From NCBI GenBank assembly GCA_965112155.1, contig OZ218098.1: 64,000 nt of DNA; one strand, 5' to 3'. Below are positions 10,741 to 23,881 of this stretch, one piece after another; position 1 is the first letter of the stretch; the number at the start of each line of letters is the position of its first letter. The translations under genes and the position numbers were made by a program. The notes beneath the pieces are model-generated. The model searched no databases. It was not told the DNA's origin and saw only the letters and a list, made by a program, of their open reading frames with translations. Source of the stretch: Podarcis liolepis (lineage: Eukaryota).

Positions 10741-13700
10741 TTAACAGCTGAAAGAGGTTTCTAGCTTGGATGCCATTCAGTAGTGTACACTTTTTAACAT
10801 GATTCTTTGAATATCTGTTTTGAGCTGCAGAATATAAATTTGGTGCTAAAGTCACTGGCTGCCTACCCTTGCTGTTTAGCTGTGTCAAGAACAGTGTCTC
10901 TTGGTGCTTTTTATTATTGGATTGCTAATCATTTGGGATTTGTCGTATCACCTCTTGCCTTTAGAAGTCTCAGATATGTGTAAGCCATGATTGAGGAGAG
11001 GATGGAAGAGTGAACTTTTTTTAAAAAAAAGCACCTAGGAAAGTTACCAAGACTTAATCTTAAAATGTGAGGATGGAAAAATGTGCTAAAATCTAGAAAT
11101 GAGGCTTGCTTTTAGGAGTCTGGATCTGCCTTAACCTGTTTATCTTTAGCTCAGCCACCTATACCATAGTTGCTGTTTTAGTGTCTGAGGCAGAGGAGTG
11201 GTAGTGATGGTTTCGGTTTTCTTTTCTTCCCCACTGTTCAGGGTGAGTAGCAGTATAATCTTAGGAGAGATCCTTGTGGAAGGAAATAAACTCAGCTTTT
11301 TTTGGCTTCTTATTACACACCACTCACTTGTGGAACCTGAAGGGAGAATGTGAATCTCTGAAACTCTAAATTTTGAGCAGTTAAAAGGGGCCTAAAAATG
11401 TTAACATTACTTTATAGTGTACAGGTATGATAGTACTCATTGATTATGTGAAGGGTGACAATGTTATTAGAGTATTAGTTGTGTAGGTACAACATAGAGC
11501 AAGTAGGACAATACCTCTTACTGGTCATTTAGGGGGAATATGCAAACGTTTAGAGTCGTTTCAGAGCTTCAGGCATTCAGAGTTCAAATAAAATCCAAAC
11601 AGAATTTGCTTTGTAAGTCAGGCTTTTTGGTTATTTATCTGGGTGCAGTTTTCTAGGACAAAGCAAGTAGATGCTACTAGCAGGCTACACAGATATGAGT
11701 TCTGCTTTTCTAGAGTTCTTTGCAACCTAAATCTTACTAGATTGGGGGGGGGCCTTATGGGTTTTGGTTATATTGCTTACTATCTGCATATTTTCCCACA
11801 CTTTTTTGTTCCTAAACAGAGCAGCTTACAGTAACCCAAAATCTGTTTTAAAGCCGCTTTATGATCTGAAGTAGTATGCTGTTTCATCCTCCCATTTCCT
11901 TTGTTCTAAAGAACCAGAGCCTTGACAGAGGGCTAGAGGGTTCAAATTGCATCTCTGTTTATTTTGGTCTCTGAATACCTGTGCTGAAGCATGCAGTTCA
12001 AAAGTTTGCGCTATTTTAACAAGGTTACTTCTGTTACCAAAAAGTATGAGAATGGACTTCAAAAAGAATGTATGAATTGCAGCATATGAATTTTAAACTC
12101 TTCTTGAATTGTTTTAAAAGGAACTATTTGAAGCTTGGCAGCATTCAGATTCTATATTAACCCACCAGCTTGCGGTGCACAGCTTGTTTCTCTCAGCTGC
12201 AGGTCCTTTTCCTTATTGTGGCTAGACAAGGGTTTGGGGGAACCTAGCAGAATAAGGTGCCTGCTTTCTGTGCCTTTCCCCCCCAGTACTGCATTTTGTC
12301 TTGACAATGGCAATGTAAAAGTGCTGCAGAGAGATAAGTAGCTCTGGAGATTTCAAAAATCTGAACTACTGTCTTTAATACCATTTAGATGGCATAAATA
12401 CTATCACAAACACATGCTTATATAGGAGTCCCAGTGGTTCTTTAACATTGTTGCTAGTTATTATGAAAAACACTTGTGATTTGCCCCCTAAGCAGCATGG
12501 GGAGTGGATCAAAGGTGTCTGATTCTTAATCCTTAGCAATTTTGTACTTAATGTAGTGCAAGTTTTGGATATAAGCCCTTTGCCTCACATGAATTGGTTA
12601 CCGAGGTCACCAAACCAAAAAATGCAGTGAGGAATTTTAGTGAATGGCAGCAGCTCTGATGTTAAGGAGCCCAAAAGTTACAATTTTGTTTACAATTAAG
12701 ACTTTGCCAAATGGGACAGCCGAGTGTTTACATGATTACTTTGTGGGTTGCTGTCTAACTGACAAAACCGCTTAGAGCCTTTTAACAACATCTACAAGAA
12801 GTATACACTTTTATTTAGAAGAAAAGTACCGATCTCCCAATAAGTTGCATATATCCTCCCCCATGCACTGGGGTGCATAATGAATCCTAGTGACATTGTC
12901 AGTTCATTAAATCCCCCCTTTCTAGGTGTGTATTCTAAAATTCTTGTGTTTCTAGAATTCCAAAGATGCAGGGAGAATGAGGCCATGAAGCCAATAACCT
13001 TGCGTACAACTGCTATCATGTATAGGCTATTTGCAGAGAAATTTTAAATCATGAATATTCTTCATGTTTCTTAAGGACAATTATGAGAAATTGGTCTGGG
13101 AACAGACTGTGATCAAATGATCATTCTAGGGTGAAACTAGAAACAACAAAAAGCTGGTGAAAGGACCGTCAAAGCAAAATAAAGATTCATCTCTCCAAAC
13201 ATAAGTTGCAGATCTGGCAGCAACAATTGTCAGCCATGCTAGTTGGCTTTTGTTACTGTTTTTAGCAGAATTTAGATGGCACACTGATGGCACATTTTAG
13301 CCAGTCAGAAATGACGTAATGCAATAATGCATTAGTGTCATAACGTCTTGTATTTGGTATATCTTGAAAGTTGTCATCTTTTGTTTGGATGAACAAAACA
13401 TTGACATGGAATCCAGCCATTGTCTGTAGATTTTTGATACCTAAAATAAGTTTTTGAAAATCAGGAAACAACCCTAACATGATTTGTTGAAGTTAAAAGT
13501 AAAATGAAGTTTCACGAAAATCATGTACAGTCTATTGGAAGCAATTTGAATCTGCAACATAAGCTTTACGCTTTAGTCCTTAGATTTCTAAAGCGTTTTA
13601 TTTTTTGTAGTTTGTTGCACTCATTTTTCAGATGCACACCCCACGGAGTGTAACTTAACCTATTTAGTTATACAAACAACAAAAATCAAGCAGAGTGCCT

Positions 13701-16700
13701 TTATCTGTATGCCTTAATTTTGTTTGTTTGTATATTAATTACAATAGTGGACAAGTGATGCAGGACCAGCAAGATCAGTCTTTGAAATGTAGAAAATGGC
13801 AAATTCCCAGTTGTTACAAGTTACTTGTTCGTCTGCAGAAATTTCAGATTTAACTACCTAGTTTCCACCACCCCTGCCAGCCAAGTTCTATACAAATACT
13901 CAGAATGCAGCCAATGTTAAGCTTGTTGAAGAAACACTTAACTCTCGCCACTGGAAATCAATAGCACTTAATTTGGTTTGACAGTGTCCTTTATTCTTAA
14001 GCTAAGTGGGAAGTAGGAAGTTCTACCACCACATTGTTCTTGTTTTTAAAAAATAACCCAGGCTTTGACTCTTGCACTCTGTTCCAGAATGCATTGTTAA
14101 TGCTGCAGCTGCCCTAATGTCCAGTAGTTCAGTGAGCTGCTAACAGCTGCCCTATATAGGCTATGATGGTACTTATTCTGAAGGAAGGTGTTAAATCCCA
14201 GTCAGCATGGCCACTGGTTAGGGGATGATAGGACCTCTGGAAGATCACAGGTTCCCAGCCCTTGGCTTAAAGCATGTGACAGTATTGCTTTTGTATAGAC
14301 AAATCAGATGCCGTTTCAAAGAACACACACATATATATGAGACAAACCTTGTTCCTGCCATTGTCCAGATTTAATGCTGCATCAATGAGTCAGTTGCACT
14401 AGCAATCCTTTCAATCATCTCTGCAGCAGTGTCTGATGACTGCTGCAGGTATTTAAGAGAGCCTGTCAGCATTCACAATATAGTTCCTTTTTTTCCTTCT
14501 TTAAAATATGTGATCTTTGGAATATATCACGCCTATGCGGGCTGGGGACAGACTTTATTTGTTTGAATGTAAGTCCTTGTGGTGGTATTGAAGTTAGCAA
14601 AGGTACTACCACCAGCATACCAGTACTTAATTGCTGGTTGGTTCCTTTTATGTATTATTGGCATGTGTGCATTTGCAAATCACTGCAAACCAAAGCTTTT
14701 CTACCCCTGTACACAGCCCAAAGTGATATTTATCTAGCTTAGAGACTGTTAATTGTTGTCCAATTTTTAAGCTTTGCTGGACATAACGACTTCCATGTGC
14801 AACCCAAGAGGCTGTGTGAGCAGAAATATTTTTAAGGGTGCCAATGAAACTGTGTGATGTAAGAGTTATGCTTAGTAGCCTCTGTGGAATTTCAAGGGCT
14901 CACTCCTGGGTTTGCAAGGTACACCAGTCCTTGTAGTGGTGGTGGGGGGGGGCAGCAAAATGCGCAGGTCCTGATAACTACCATAACTGCAGGGGCTAAT
15001 GAGTGCTTTATTGGGCATTGCCTGACTTGTGTTCAGTGTTGATGTAAAGACTTAGCCCTGTTGACGTAGCAAGGAGATTCTAGTACGGCAGCAAAATTTG
15101 AAAAGTGATCCATTCCTCAGGGAAAATCTTACAGGTTTTAAATGAAAGGTGGAGGTGTATATAACAACTGATCCAAAATCCGACTTTATGCAGGAGCTAG
15201 GAGAAAGATCATTTGGTATGGAAAATACTCTATTACACACTTACATAAATTCATCTGAAACTTTCAGAAATGAAAGCCATTGGAAGAAATGTTCCTACTT
15301 AAAAAAGAAATGTGTGTTTATGCATAGTGTGTTGGAAACTGGAATTGGCTTTTACATTGCAGTGCCACATATTTCATTTCTTCTCAGCATATACTTAATA
15401 ATGCTAAATGTGTTAGATTCTACTTTGTAGATGGTGGAGGCACGCCCTCAACCCATCCCTGGCTTAATCTCTTAATGGAAAAACATTCTTAATGGAAAAA
15501 CATTCAAACTATCCATTGAACTGACCAGAATTGGCCTTTAGGCGAAGTATAGAGCAAATACTCATGAAAACTTGGAGGAATCTGTCACAAGAAAAAGCTA
15601 CGCCTGAAATGGTGCAGCATTCACAAGGCAGTGACCACACTGACCTTCACACTGTGTCCTGCACATTGATATGGGAACTTTTAGGAAGAAGCTTGACAAT
15701 GTGGACCTGCATCATCTGATAGAATGGTTTGATAAGCCTCAAGCCTGACTAGTCTTTTGTGTGCTGTGCTTTGCAATTGTACAATTAAATTGTACAATTA
15801 AAGCAGAAGAAATGGAATCTAGAATGCGTACAAAAGATGGGCAACATCGGTGGGTATGGTGCATCAGTTATGGTGGGCTGCTTCAGTGCGGAATAATATC
15901 TGTCAGTCGTGATTATTCATGTGGGCATAACCATTCTATTCTGGAGATTACAATTACAGAAAGAAATGGAAACATTGTGACTACCTCAAATACAAACTTT
16001 AAATACAGCAACGAGTTCATATGTAAAGACTGCTGTGCAAAAAACCCCTCTGTCCACGGAGGTTTGGTCTCTCACTACAATGCTAGAAGAATTGATTGAG
16101 CCTTAAGCAGTAAAATTAGGACACAGTTTGGCTTTGATGGAATGAATCTAGGAATTGTTCTTGTGTCCTCATTCTCAAGGATAAAGAAGTTTTCTGCTTC
16201 ACAAGAGGCCAGCTTGCTAAAGAAAAATAAAAGTGATTGTGAAATCGCAGGCTGAAATTGGAGCTGGACCCAGATTCTTTGTCAAATTGTGCCCTTGAAA
16301 TGTCAGCGATTCTTTAACATTGCTCTGCTTCACAGAACATGTGGATGGCAGCTATGGATGCAAAAACCTCCACAGGGAGCAGCACATTTCCCAAGACACT
16401 ACCTCCAGCCATTTTCATGGCAGATTTGTGAGGTCTACATGCTAGATCTGAAAGTAGGGCCTGGAAACTTGAAAAGTTCATTCTTATGATAAGGCTTTTG
16501 ATGATATCCTTAAATGCTGCTGGGTGTAAGTACAAGATGGTATCAAGGCTTGCATGTAGTACAGCTTGCCTATGCTATAAATGTGGCTTGGCACACATAA
16601 CATCATGCAGTGATTGCCAGGGCAACGGATGTGGGATCCAAAGGTGCCTTGCTTAAGCAAATAAATAAATAATACTTCAATCTGCATCAAGCAGGGGAAG

Positions 16701-19700
16701 ATCATATCCTGAACTATTCCCAATAACCCTGCCCCCCGAAACCAGAGTTGGTGTTTGGGGGGCCGCTGAGCACTGCGGCGCAGAAAAGGGAGCAGACGAT
16801 TCTTGCTCTGTGAAGGAAAACTACTTGTAGTTCTCTGGATCAAAGCCATGGTTGGTTGATGTGATGAAACCTGACACCAGATTGTGCATCATAATAAAGT
16901 ATCACCAGTTTGTTAATTTTGTAGAGTGAATTTTATGGAGATTTCATAAATACTTGGAATGAAATATGTATTTCATGTCAAAATTTGCCCTTTGTTTAAA
17001 CTATGATCACCACATATTAGTACTGGAGTTTTGGATAGATTTTATATATATATCTTCACCTTTCATTTAAGTACTTCTGTACTCCCCCTCCACCACCCCT
17101 GGTCTAAACCACCAAAAGTTGTATTTCTGTGGCTTCAAAGTTTGCAGCTGAAGGGAAGGAGGTGAATCTTTAGGTCAGTATAATAGGCCAAAGTATTTCT
17201 TGTGCCATAGCAAACCAGAACATTGCAGAGTTTACGGGAGAAGTAGTCCATTTTATTCCAAATAATTTAGAACAATACTTCTCCCTTGGCTATCTTGGTT
17301 CGGTGTAAGTCAGACATGCATCCAAGTGAGCAGGACTTAAGATTTCTAAACTGCTGGTTACTGAGAAACTTAGCATCAAAAGCATTTTATTCATTTATCT
17401 TGCGTATGCCAACTTTTTCTGCATTTCTAAAATAAGAGTACTTGACACAACTAATGCTATTGGAAGTAGTTGGAGTCAGGTGAAAGGGGTCTTGTATAGG
17501 AAGAAGGGTTATTTTAATATACATATATTTTAATGGATTTGACCTCCTCTCTCCTTAATAAGAAAGGAATAACTACAAAAGGTTACTGAAATTCTCTCTG
17601 GCTATTTGACTGTAATGCGTTCAAACCCTGTTGGTAAAGGTTGTCTCCCTCCTGAGACCCCTCCTAGGCTGTCAGACACTGAACAAATTCACAGACTAGT
17701 TTAATATCTGAGGTTGAACTACTCGCAAACTCTGTTTTTAAAAAGGATTGTCCCAGTTTTGAATACCACCACAGACCCACACACACAATGGGCACATGAT
17801 CATGACCTAAAATAAAAGGTTTGTGCTTTCTTTTTGGAACAGGGTATGTAATCTGTCTAAATTTCACGTGGCTTGCTATTTGTTAGTATCACAATTTTAA
17901 AGCTTGATAATGTTTGTCCAAAAGTGGAAACTTTATTAATTGCAACCCAAACGTGCTCAGCCTGCCATCTGTACCTTGCACCATTTTCTTAAGAAAATGT
18001 CACTGTAAGTTATGGGGAAGAGATGTTGGTTAAAGCAGACTTTTGCTTTTAAAAAAGCTAATAATAATAATGATAATAATGATGATGATGTATATCTACC
18101 CTTTGGATCTAATGTAGATTTTTTTATGCAGCTGTCAAATTCTCTATTTAATCCCTTGGTTTCTCTGTAAATGTTTTTACTCTCTGTTTGAATGCTGGGC
18201 ACAGTTTGTAATGTATGTACACAACGGTGTTTTTTTCTATCAATGTTAACTTTTTTGCACATTTTTTGAAATTGTTTAATTTGTACACTGTTTTAATACT
18301 CTGACCAACTGTTATGGAGTGTATGCGGATTATGTATGTGTGCAATGTACTACTGTTTTGAATGAGGATTTTTAGATTCCGTATAAATGCGTGTCCACTT
18401 CTGGCTTTACCTTGGTTGAGGAACTCAGGACATTAGCTTTGCTTACTAGTTCCCCCACAATAGTCCAAATCCAGCAACTTGGTTGTACCTGCAGAGCTTT
18501 GACACAGATACTGAACTCTGTGTGAATAGGGACTTCCCAGTTCACTCCATGCTATTTGGGGCACCTGCCAGTTGACTAGTCAAATATGGTCAAGTTGACC
18601 ACCATCCAACATCATGAATTCAATGTAACAGTTAACTTGGTTCTGTTTTGTAGCTAGTGCATTTCTGATTGCTTGCCCATTTTTTTTGCTGGAAGGCTAG
18701 CCAGATTCCAAATGCTTTTTCACTGATGTGCAGAGTGCATACACCCAACTTCTCAGAAGCATGGCGTGAACAGGAACAGGGAAGCCACTGCTTAATAGAG
18801 CTTCAAATATGTGTCAGATCCTCTGCGGAGTTTGGATTGTGGTAAATGTGTCTAAGAACTTTCCAAATATAGGGTACATAAAAATGCCTTCTATGTACTG
18901 TCTGTCCTGTTTCCCACAGACCTATTCCAGTTTTATTTCTACATGTTTTTTAAAAAATTGTTTTTTAAAGGTACTGCATTTAGTTTGATGAATATATAAA
19001 AGCTTTGAGAGATAATTTACTAGATAAATATATTTTCAGCTGGCTGATGTTCAGAAAATATTTTATTTTTTGTTTTTAACCATTCAAAATGTATTTGTAT
19101 TTCCAAAATTAGACATGAATTGTATATTAAAACACTCTGGCTGGATAATGGTATGGTTTGTCTTATAAGGTTTCTCTCTCTCTTTTTTAAGAGCTAAAAA
19201 TGTTTCTGTGATACAGAGAATAATAGTACTGTTCTGAAAAGCTGAAGGCAATCTTTCAATTTAGAGCTGCTTGAGAAAATTGAGACACAAAACCAATCTT
19301 AGAAAAGTCAGATGTTTTTATTGCCTGTTCTTTTTTGTTACATTGAATGTAATGTTTCCCTCTTGATCTTAACGCTTTCCTTATTTTCTGGTACTGGGAA
19401 AAAATAAAGCATGTTGAAGGTACTAGCAGAATACCAAGTAATACATAAATTTGCCAGCCTAGTTCATGGCTTGAAAGATTATTTGTATGATTCTTAAGAC
19501 TTGCCAACAAAAAAATTCTCACGTTGGGTAAATAGCACACTGGTGGATATCAAAAACCAACAGTTAGGAAAAGTGGTATTCTCTCTTTCTTTTTTTAAAG
19601 AGCCTACTAATAGCCTGGTATGGTGTGGTATGTTCCATTGTTCATGCACATTTTGACCTTGTCATAGTCTCAAAAGTGTGCTTGTACAAAATGTATAAAA

Positions 19701-20044
19701 GCATTTTGATTTTTTTAAAACAACAACTATGTATTTACCTGTCATTTTTTTGCTGGTAAATGGCTTTTATTTTATTTGGGTTTTTTATCGATTATAAAAA
19801 GAAGCCATGTTTATATTCTGTGTTTGACCAAATTACTTCTGTTTTATGAAATTTGTATATTGGTGGTACACATCTTCGTGTAGGATGATTGTGCATGAGG
19901 ACCTGCAAGAATTAATACGATGAAAGATTGGAGGTTGTTTTTTTTCTTCCAAGTTAATTCTGGAAAGGTTATGGTGCAAAGGTTTACTGGATGTAACCTT
20001 ATGAGCTTATGGAATGACTATAGAGAATGGCACTTCTAAGTGTT

Positions 20045-20050
20045 AATAAA
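20045..20050 (+). terminator. MAP3K2: Candidate distal polyadenylation signal of MAP3K2
   Basis: AATAAA followed ~20-35 nt later by TTGTTTTTTGTCTTTT; upstream region is U-rich with TGTA motifs. Confidence 0.5.
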
Positions 20051-21583
20051 ACAAATATTTATTTCCACTTTGTTTTTTGTCTTTTCTAAGTGCATTAATA
20101 CTTGGTATTTACATAATGCTTCGGAGTGATACCCAACAAGTCATGCTTGGAGTAGACCCAGTGGAATTAAATGGACAATTCAGTTTCAGTTTATTTCAGA
20201 TTTCAATTGAGCTATGACATAGCTGGAAATTATCCTTAATGTACTGACAGGGTTTCATGTACAGCATTTCAATAATTATTACAACACTGCAGGGTAGTTT
20301 GGTGAAATCCAGTGCATGCTTTACCTAGAAGTAAACCACTCTGTGTCCTCTGGGGCTTACTCCTTAATGTGTTTAACACTGTAGCTTCATTATTGTATCT
20401 ACTATGCAGCACTATACAACTTGCAGGTAGTGTTGGGTGTTCATATATAATTTCTATATTGCTTTCCCCATCCCAGTGTTCATAGTACCTAACTGATTAT
20501 TGATTGGTAAAATTGGTATACCTCTCAATATAAAAAGAAATCTATACATTTACATGAAATATAATTAAGGGAGTAGGGGGAAGGTGAATATAAAATCATA
20601 TAAAAATACAACACCATCAAATAAATTTTTAGAAGTCAAAACTGAGCACTGTAGAACTATATCATAGGTATAACTTGAGTAGTGCACAAGAAAGAAAAAG
20701 TTTAAGAATTAGAAATGAGCGAAAGCTTGGGTAAGCATGTCTTGGTAACAGTTGTTTAAAGGTGGTTACTGTCTCAACCTTTTGAGCCACCCAGGAGAGG
20801 GCATTCCAAATGGAGGGTGCCACCACCAAAAAATCATCCTCCTTGTCTAGGTTTACTTACAAAAACATGAAAAATGTAACGATGCAGAACATCTATTACG
20901 CTTTGTGTACTTCTTACGCAGGGCAAAACATGTTAAACAATCCAAAGCAGACAAATGTTTATACAAATAAAACCAATGTTTTAGACTTATTACCTATAGT
21001 CAAACAGCTCAGGCCAATGGCACCACCATATATTATTAACATGCACAAGCCTATAAATGTGGACACACACTCCAGCCCCCATGCAGCTTACATAGGGTCT
21101 GAACATGCATCTTCATGCATGTGAGTACATTGCTTTGAAGTCTTGCAGCTAAACTATGTAAGCCGCCTCAACTGAGAAGTGTTAGGTGGTAAAGATGGTA
21201 CGAAAGCCAAGTTCACCAACTTGGATGGATTTAAAGGAGGATTGGACAAACTCGTGGAAGTGAAGGCTTATGTTGAACCTCTGTATGCCAGTTGCTGGGA
21301 ATCAAGTGGGGGGAGAGGGCTGTTTTACGCAGGTCCCGTTGGCGGACTTCCCAAAGGCATCCAGGCAGCTATTGTGAGCAGGATGCCGCACTAGATCCAG
21401 CAGGGCTCATGCACTCAGAGCCTGCATGCCTGAATTTAACAACTCACATTTGGTGTGTTTTATTGTTTGTTTCTCGAACAACCATTGCCAATCAGCTAAT
21501 TGTCCCTGCACTTAGTTCCTTCCTGGCCCCTTTCTTTATGAGAGCCATGCACACATGGCAGGTACCTGATCAAGTGGACTATC

Positions 21584-22012
21584 CAGGGCCGGATTTAGGT
21601 TTGATGAGGCCCTAAGCTACTGAAGGTAATGGGGCCCTTTATATGTCCAGCTGTCCTTTGTCAACAACAAATTGTCCGTGTTTTTTGTGTTGAATATATG
21701 CTATATGGTAATTTATGGACCTAATAAGGTATCTAAAGCCATTTGGACATACAGAATGTAGGCACCCTATATACAGAAATGAGCAAACCAGTGATATTTT
21801 AGGGAGCAGACTAGCAGGCGGGGCCCATTACTTACACCATAGGAGACTACACAAAACACTGTTGCTGTATGTAGGTTTTATTTTATTTGTTTTTTATCTT
21901 ATATTTTGGAAATGTACATCCAGGTGCTCTTTTCCTTTAATTTTTTTGGGGGCCCCAAGAGAGTGGGGCCCTAAGCTATAGCTTGTTTAGCTTATACGTA
22001 AATCCGGCACTG
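21584..22012. mobile_element. Non-autonomous hAT DNA transposon, copy 1, upstream of the ERCC3 promoter
   Basis: Termini CAGGGCCGGATTTA...TAAATCCGGCACTG; ends nearly identical to 62440-62766; no clean TSD for this copy. Confidence 0.82.
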
Positions 22013-22101
22013 GCTAGCCCACGGATGCTTAGGCTGCCTAATAAATCTGTTAGCCTGCGAGGTGCCACAAGTCTCTGGGCTGCTCTTTGCTGCATCTGTC
22101 G

Positions 22102-22186
22102 TGGATGCTTCAGCTGAGATTCCTGCATTGCAAGAGGGCTGGACTAATGACCCTCGGGGTACCTTTCCAACTCTACGATTCTACGA
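22102..22186 (+). mobile_element. CR1 3' tail fragment in the ERCC3 upstream region
   Basis: GAGATTCCTGCATTGCAAGAGGGCTGGACTAATGACCCTCGGGGTACCTTTCCAACTCTACGATTCTACGA matches the CR1 tail at 45382-45449. Confidence 0.75.
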
Positions 22187-22189
22187 CAC

Positions 22190-22700
22190 CCGACGGTCAG
22201 CGACCTCCTTTCTGCCAAACGGCCGGCCCTGCTGCGCTCCCCGGCACATCCGCCTCTTTCCTGGGCACTTGGGAAAGCGGCTCCAGGCTGAAAGAGGCCC
22301 CATCGCGGCAACTTTAGTCCTGGGGACGCACGCCTCTTTCCCTCCCGCTCAAACCCCCGTTCCTGTCGTCTCTCTCCCCCCCCCCCCCCCGCAGATCGGC
22401 CATGTTATGGAGGCGGAGAGGAACCGGATTCGCTCCCTGTCCTGCTCCGGAAGCGGCGGGGCGAATGGGAAGGGACGCGGAAGGGAGGCGTGAAAGCAGC
22501 GTTGCGCACTCTGCCGAAGCCGCGTCCCGATGGGCAAGAAGGAGCGAGGTGAGGAGCCGGAGAGGCAGCCCTTTCCTTTGCAAGGGGAGCGGAGCCCAGG
22601 GAGATCGTCCCGACCGAGTGGTCCTCAGGGATCTCATTCCCCACCCATCCCTAGCAAGGGAGATTTCCAAATCCTGGAAGCCCTCGGGGGTCCCTACTGT
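22190..22700 (+). promoter_or_regulatory. ERCC3: ERCC3 CpG-island promoter and exon 1 region
   Basis: High GC and CpG density around the ATG; ETS-like CCGGAAG at ~22447; C-run at ~22376-22390; no TATA box, as typical of housekeeping promoters. Confidence 0.8.
22530..22548 (+). CDS. ERCC3: ERCC3 (XPB) exon 1, coding part
   Basis: ATG GGC AAG AAG GAG CGA G|gtgagg (MGKKER); phase 1 matches exon 2 (G+AT = D). Confidence 0.88.
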
Positions 22701-23756
22701 TTTCTTTCGTTGGGGAGGGTTTGATTACCTTACCGCTTTTGAACTGTAGGATGCATGACGGGATAAATAAAAGAGAGCTTTTAGGCGCCTCTGTCTTTTT
22801 CAACACATTCCTCTTTTGGGGAACGCAGCTGTAAAAAGGCGTCTTTTTTCTGGCAGCTACAAAATCGGTATCTACAGTTAGGCACGCCGATTAGCTATAC
22901 TTGCTCCCGAGCCCTCTTTTATTCACTTTGTGTTTTTAAGCATAGCTTATCGGTTTGAAAATTCAGCTCTCCTTAGTCACGTGTTGCCTACTGCTTTTCA
23001 AAACAGTGAATAAAAAGAATCTCTCCATGCACCTATGTGCTAGGGGCCCAAATCGAAGATTGGAACTGGCAGTTAGAGTTCAGTGATAACATGCAGGCCC
23101 TTCCAGCAGGGAGTTCCCAGGTTTTTATCATCAACCCCTTACAGTTAAGAAGACTGGAGAGCCTTTCTAAGGCTCCAGAGAGCCTCATGTCTAAAGAATT
23201 TGGAAGCTTAGCAGGGTGAATGGGCTGACTGAATGTCTCAACATTAGCCTCTTCTAGGGTTCATTTAAATTAGTAATATAGGCGTCAAGGAGCATGGAGA
23301 GAACAGATCTTTGGAGCAACAGTGGTGGAATGTTTGGAGTGTGACTCCTTAGAATTGGCCGGATTGGAAGCTTGGTCCTTCAGTGATGTGTTTGAGTTTG
23401 ACACTCCTGCTTTAGAGGGCCAATTTGTCTTGGTTTATTTGACCTGGTACTCCTCTTGCTGCCCAATGAATACCTCTCTCTCCATACTGTGCGTTGGCGG
23501 TGTAAACAACCCGGTCTGTGCCTCTTGCTAATTATTTTTTTAAAAACTCTTGTCTGGCATGACTTTCAGAGACGTATTAGTCCATGGAAGTTGTAAGCAG
23601 ACAGATATGCATTTGAAGGAAAACACATTCTCAGTGCTTAGCATGCAAGCACATTTTACTTCCATTTTTAAAGCAAATGAGTGTCCGGTTGTCGATCGGG
23701 TACGTCACTCTGTTTTGGGTCTTATCTCTTGCTCTGGGTTTTTTTACATGGACATT

Positions 23757-23881
23757 CAGTGGCGTAGCGTGGGGGGTGCAGGGGGGGCCGGCCGCACCGG
23801 GCGCAACATCTGGGGGTTAGGGTTAGGGGGCGCAAATTACTTGCCTTGCCCCGGGTGCTGACAACCCACGCTACGCCACTG
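23757..23881. mobile_element. 125-bp hAT MITE in ERCC3 intron 1 containing (TTAGGG)2
   Basis: Perfect 17-bp TIR CAGTGGCGTAGCGTGGG / CCCACGCTACGCCACTG; perfect 8-bp TSD TGGACATT (23749-56, 23882-89). Confidence 0.93.

Larger units (their letters stand above)
7606..20075 (+). other. MAP3K2: Putative very long MAP3K2 3' UTR
   Basis: AT/U-rich, TE-poor stretch after the stop codon with no exons, ending at AATAAA 20045 plus a downstream U/GU-rich element. Extent is inferred. Confidence 0.5.

Noticed and set aside
15469-15504. 17-bp tandem duplication TCTTAATGGAAAAACAT
   Set aside because: Ordinary slippage duplication with no further structure.
22530-22548. ERCC3 exon 1 about three codons shorter than in human
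   Set aside because: Small indel in a low-complexity charged N-terminus; the basic KKKSKKR cluster is intact.
22062-22749. Multiple ORFs of 60-143 aa over the ERCC3 promoter
   Set aside because: CpG-island artefacts; only the 19-nt exon 1 fits XPB homology and splicing phase.
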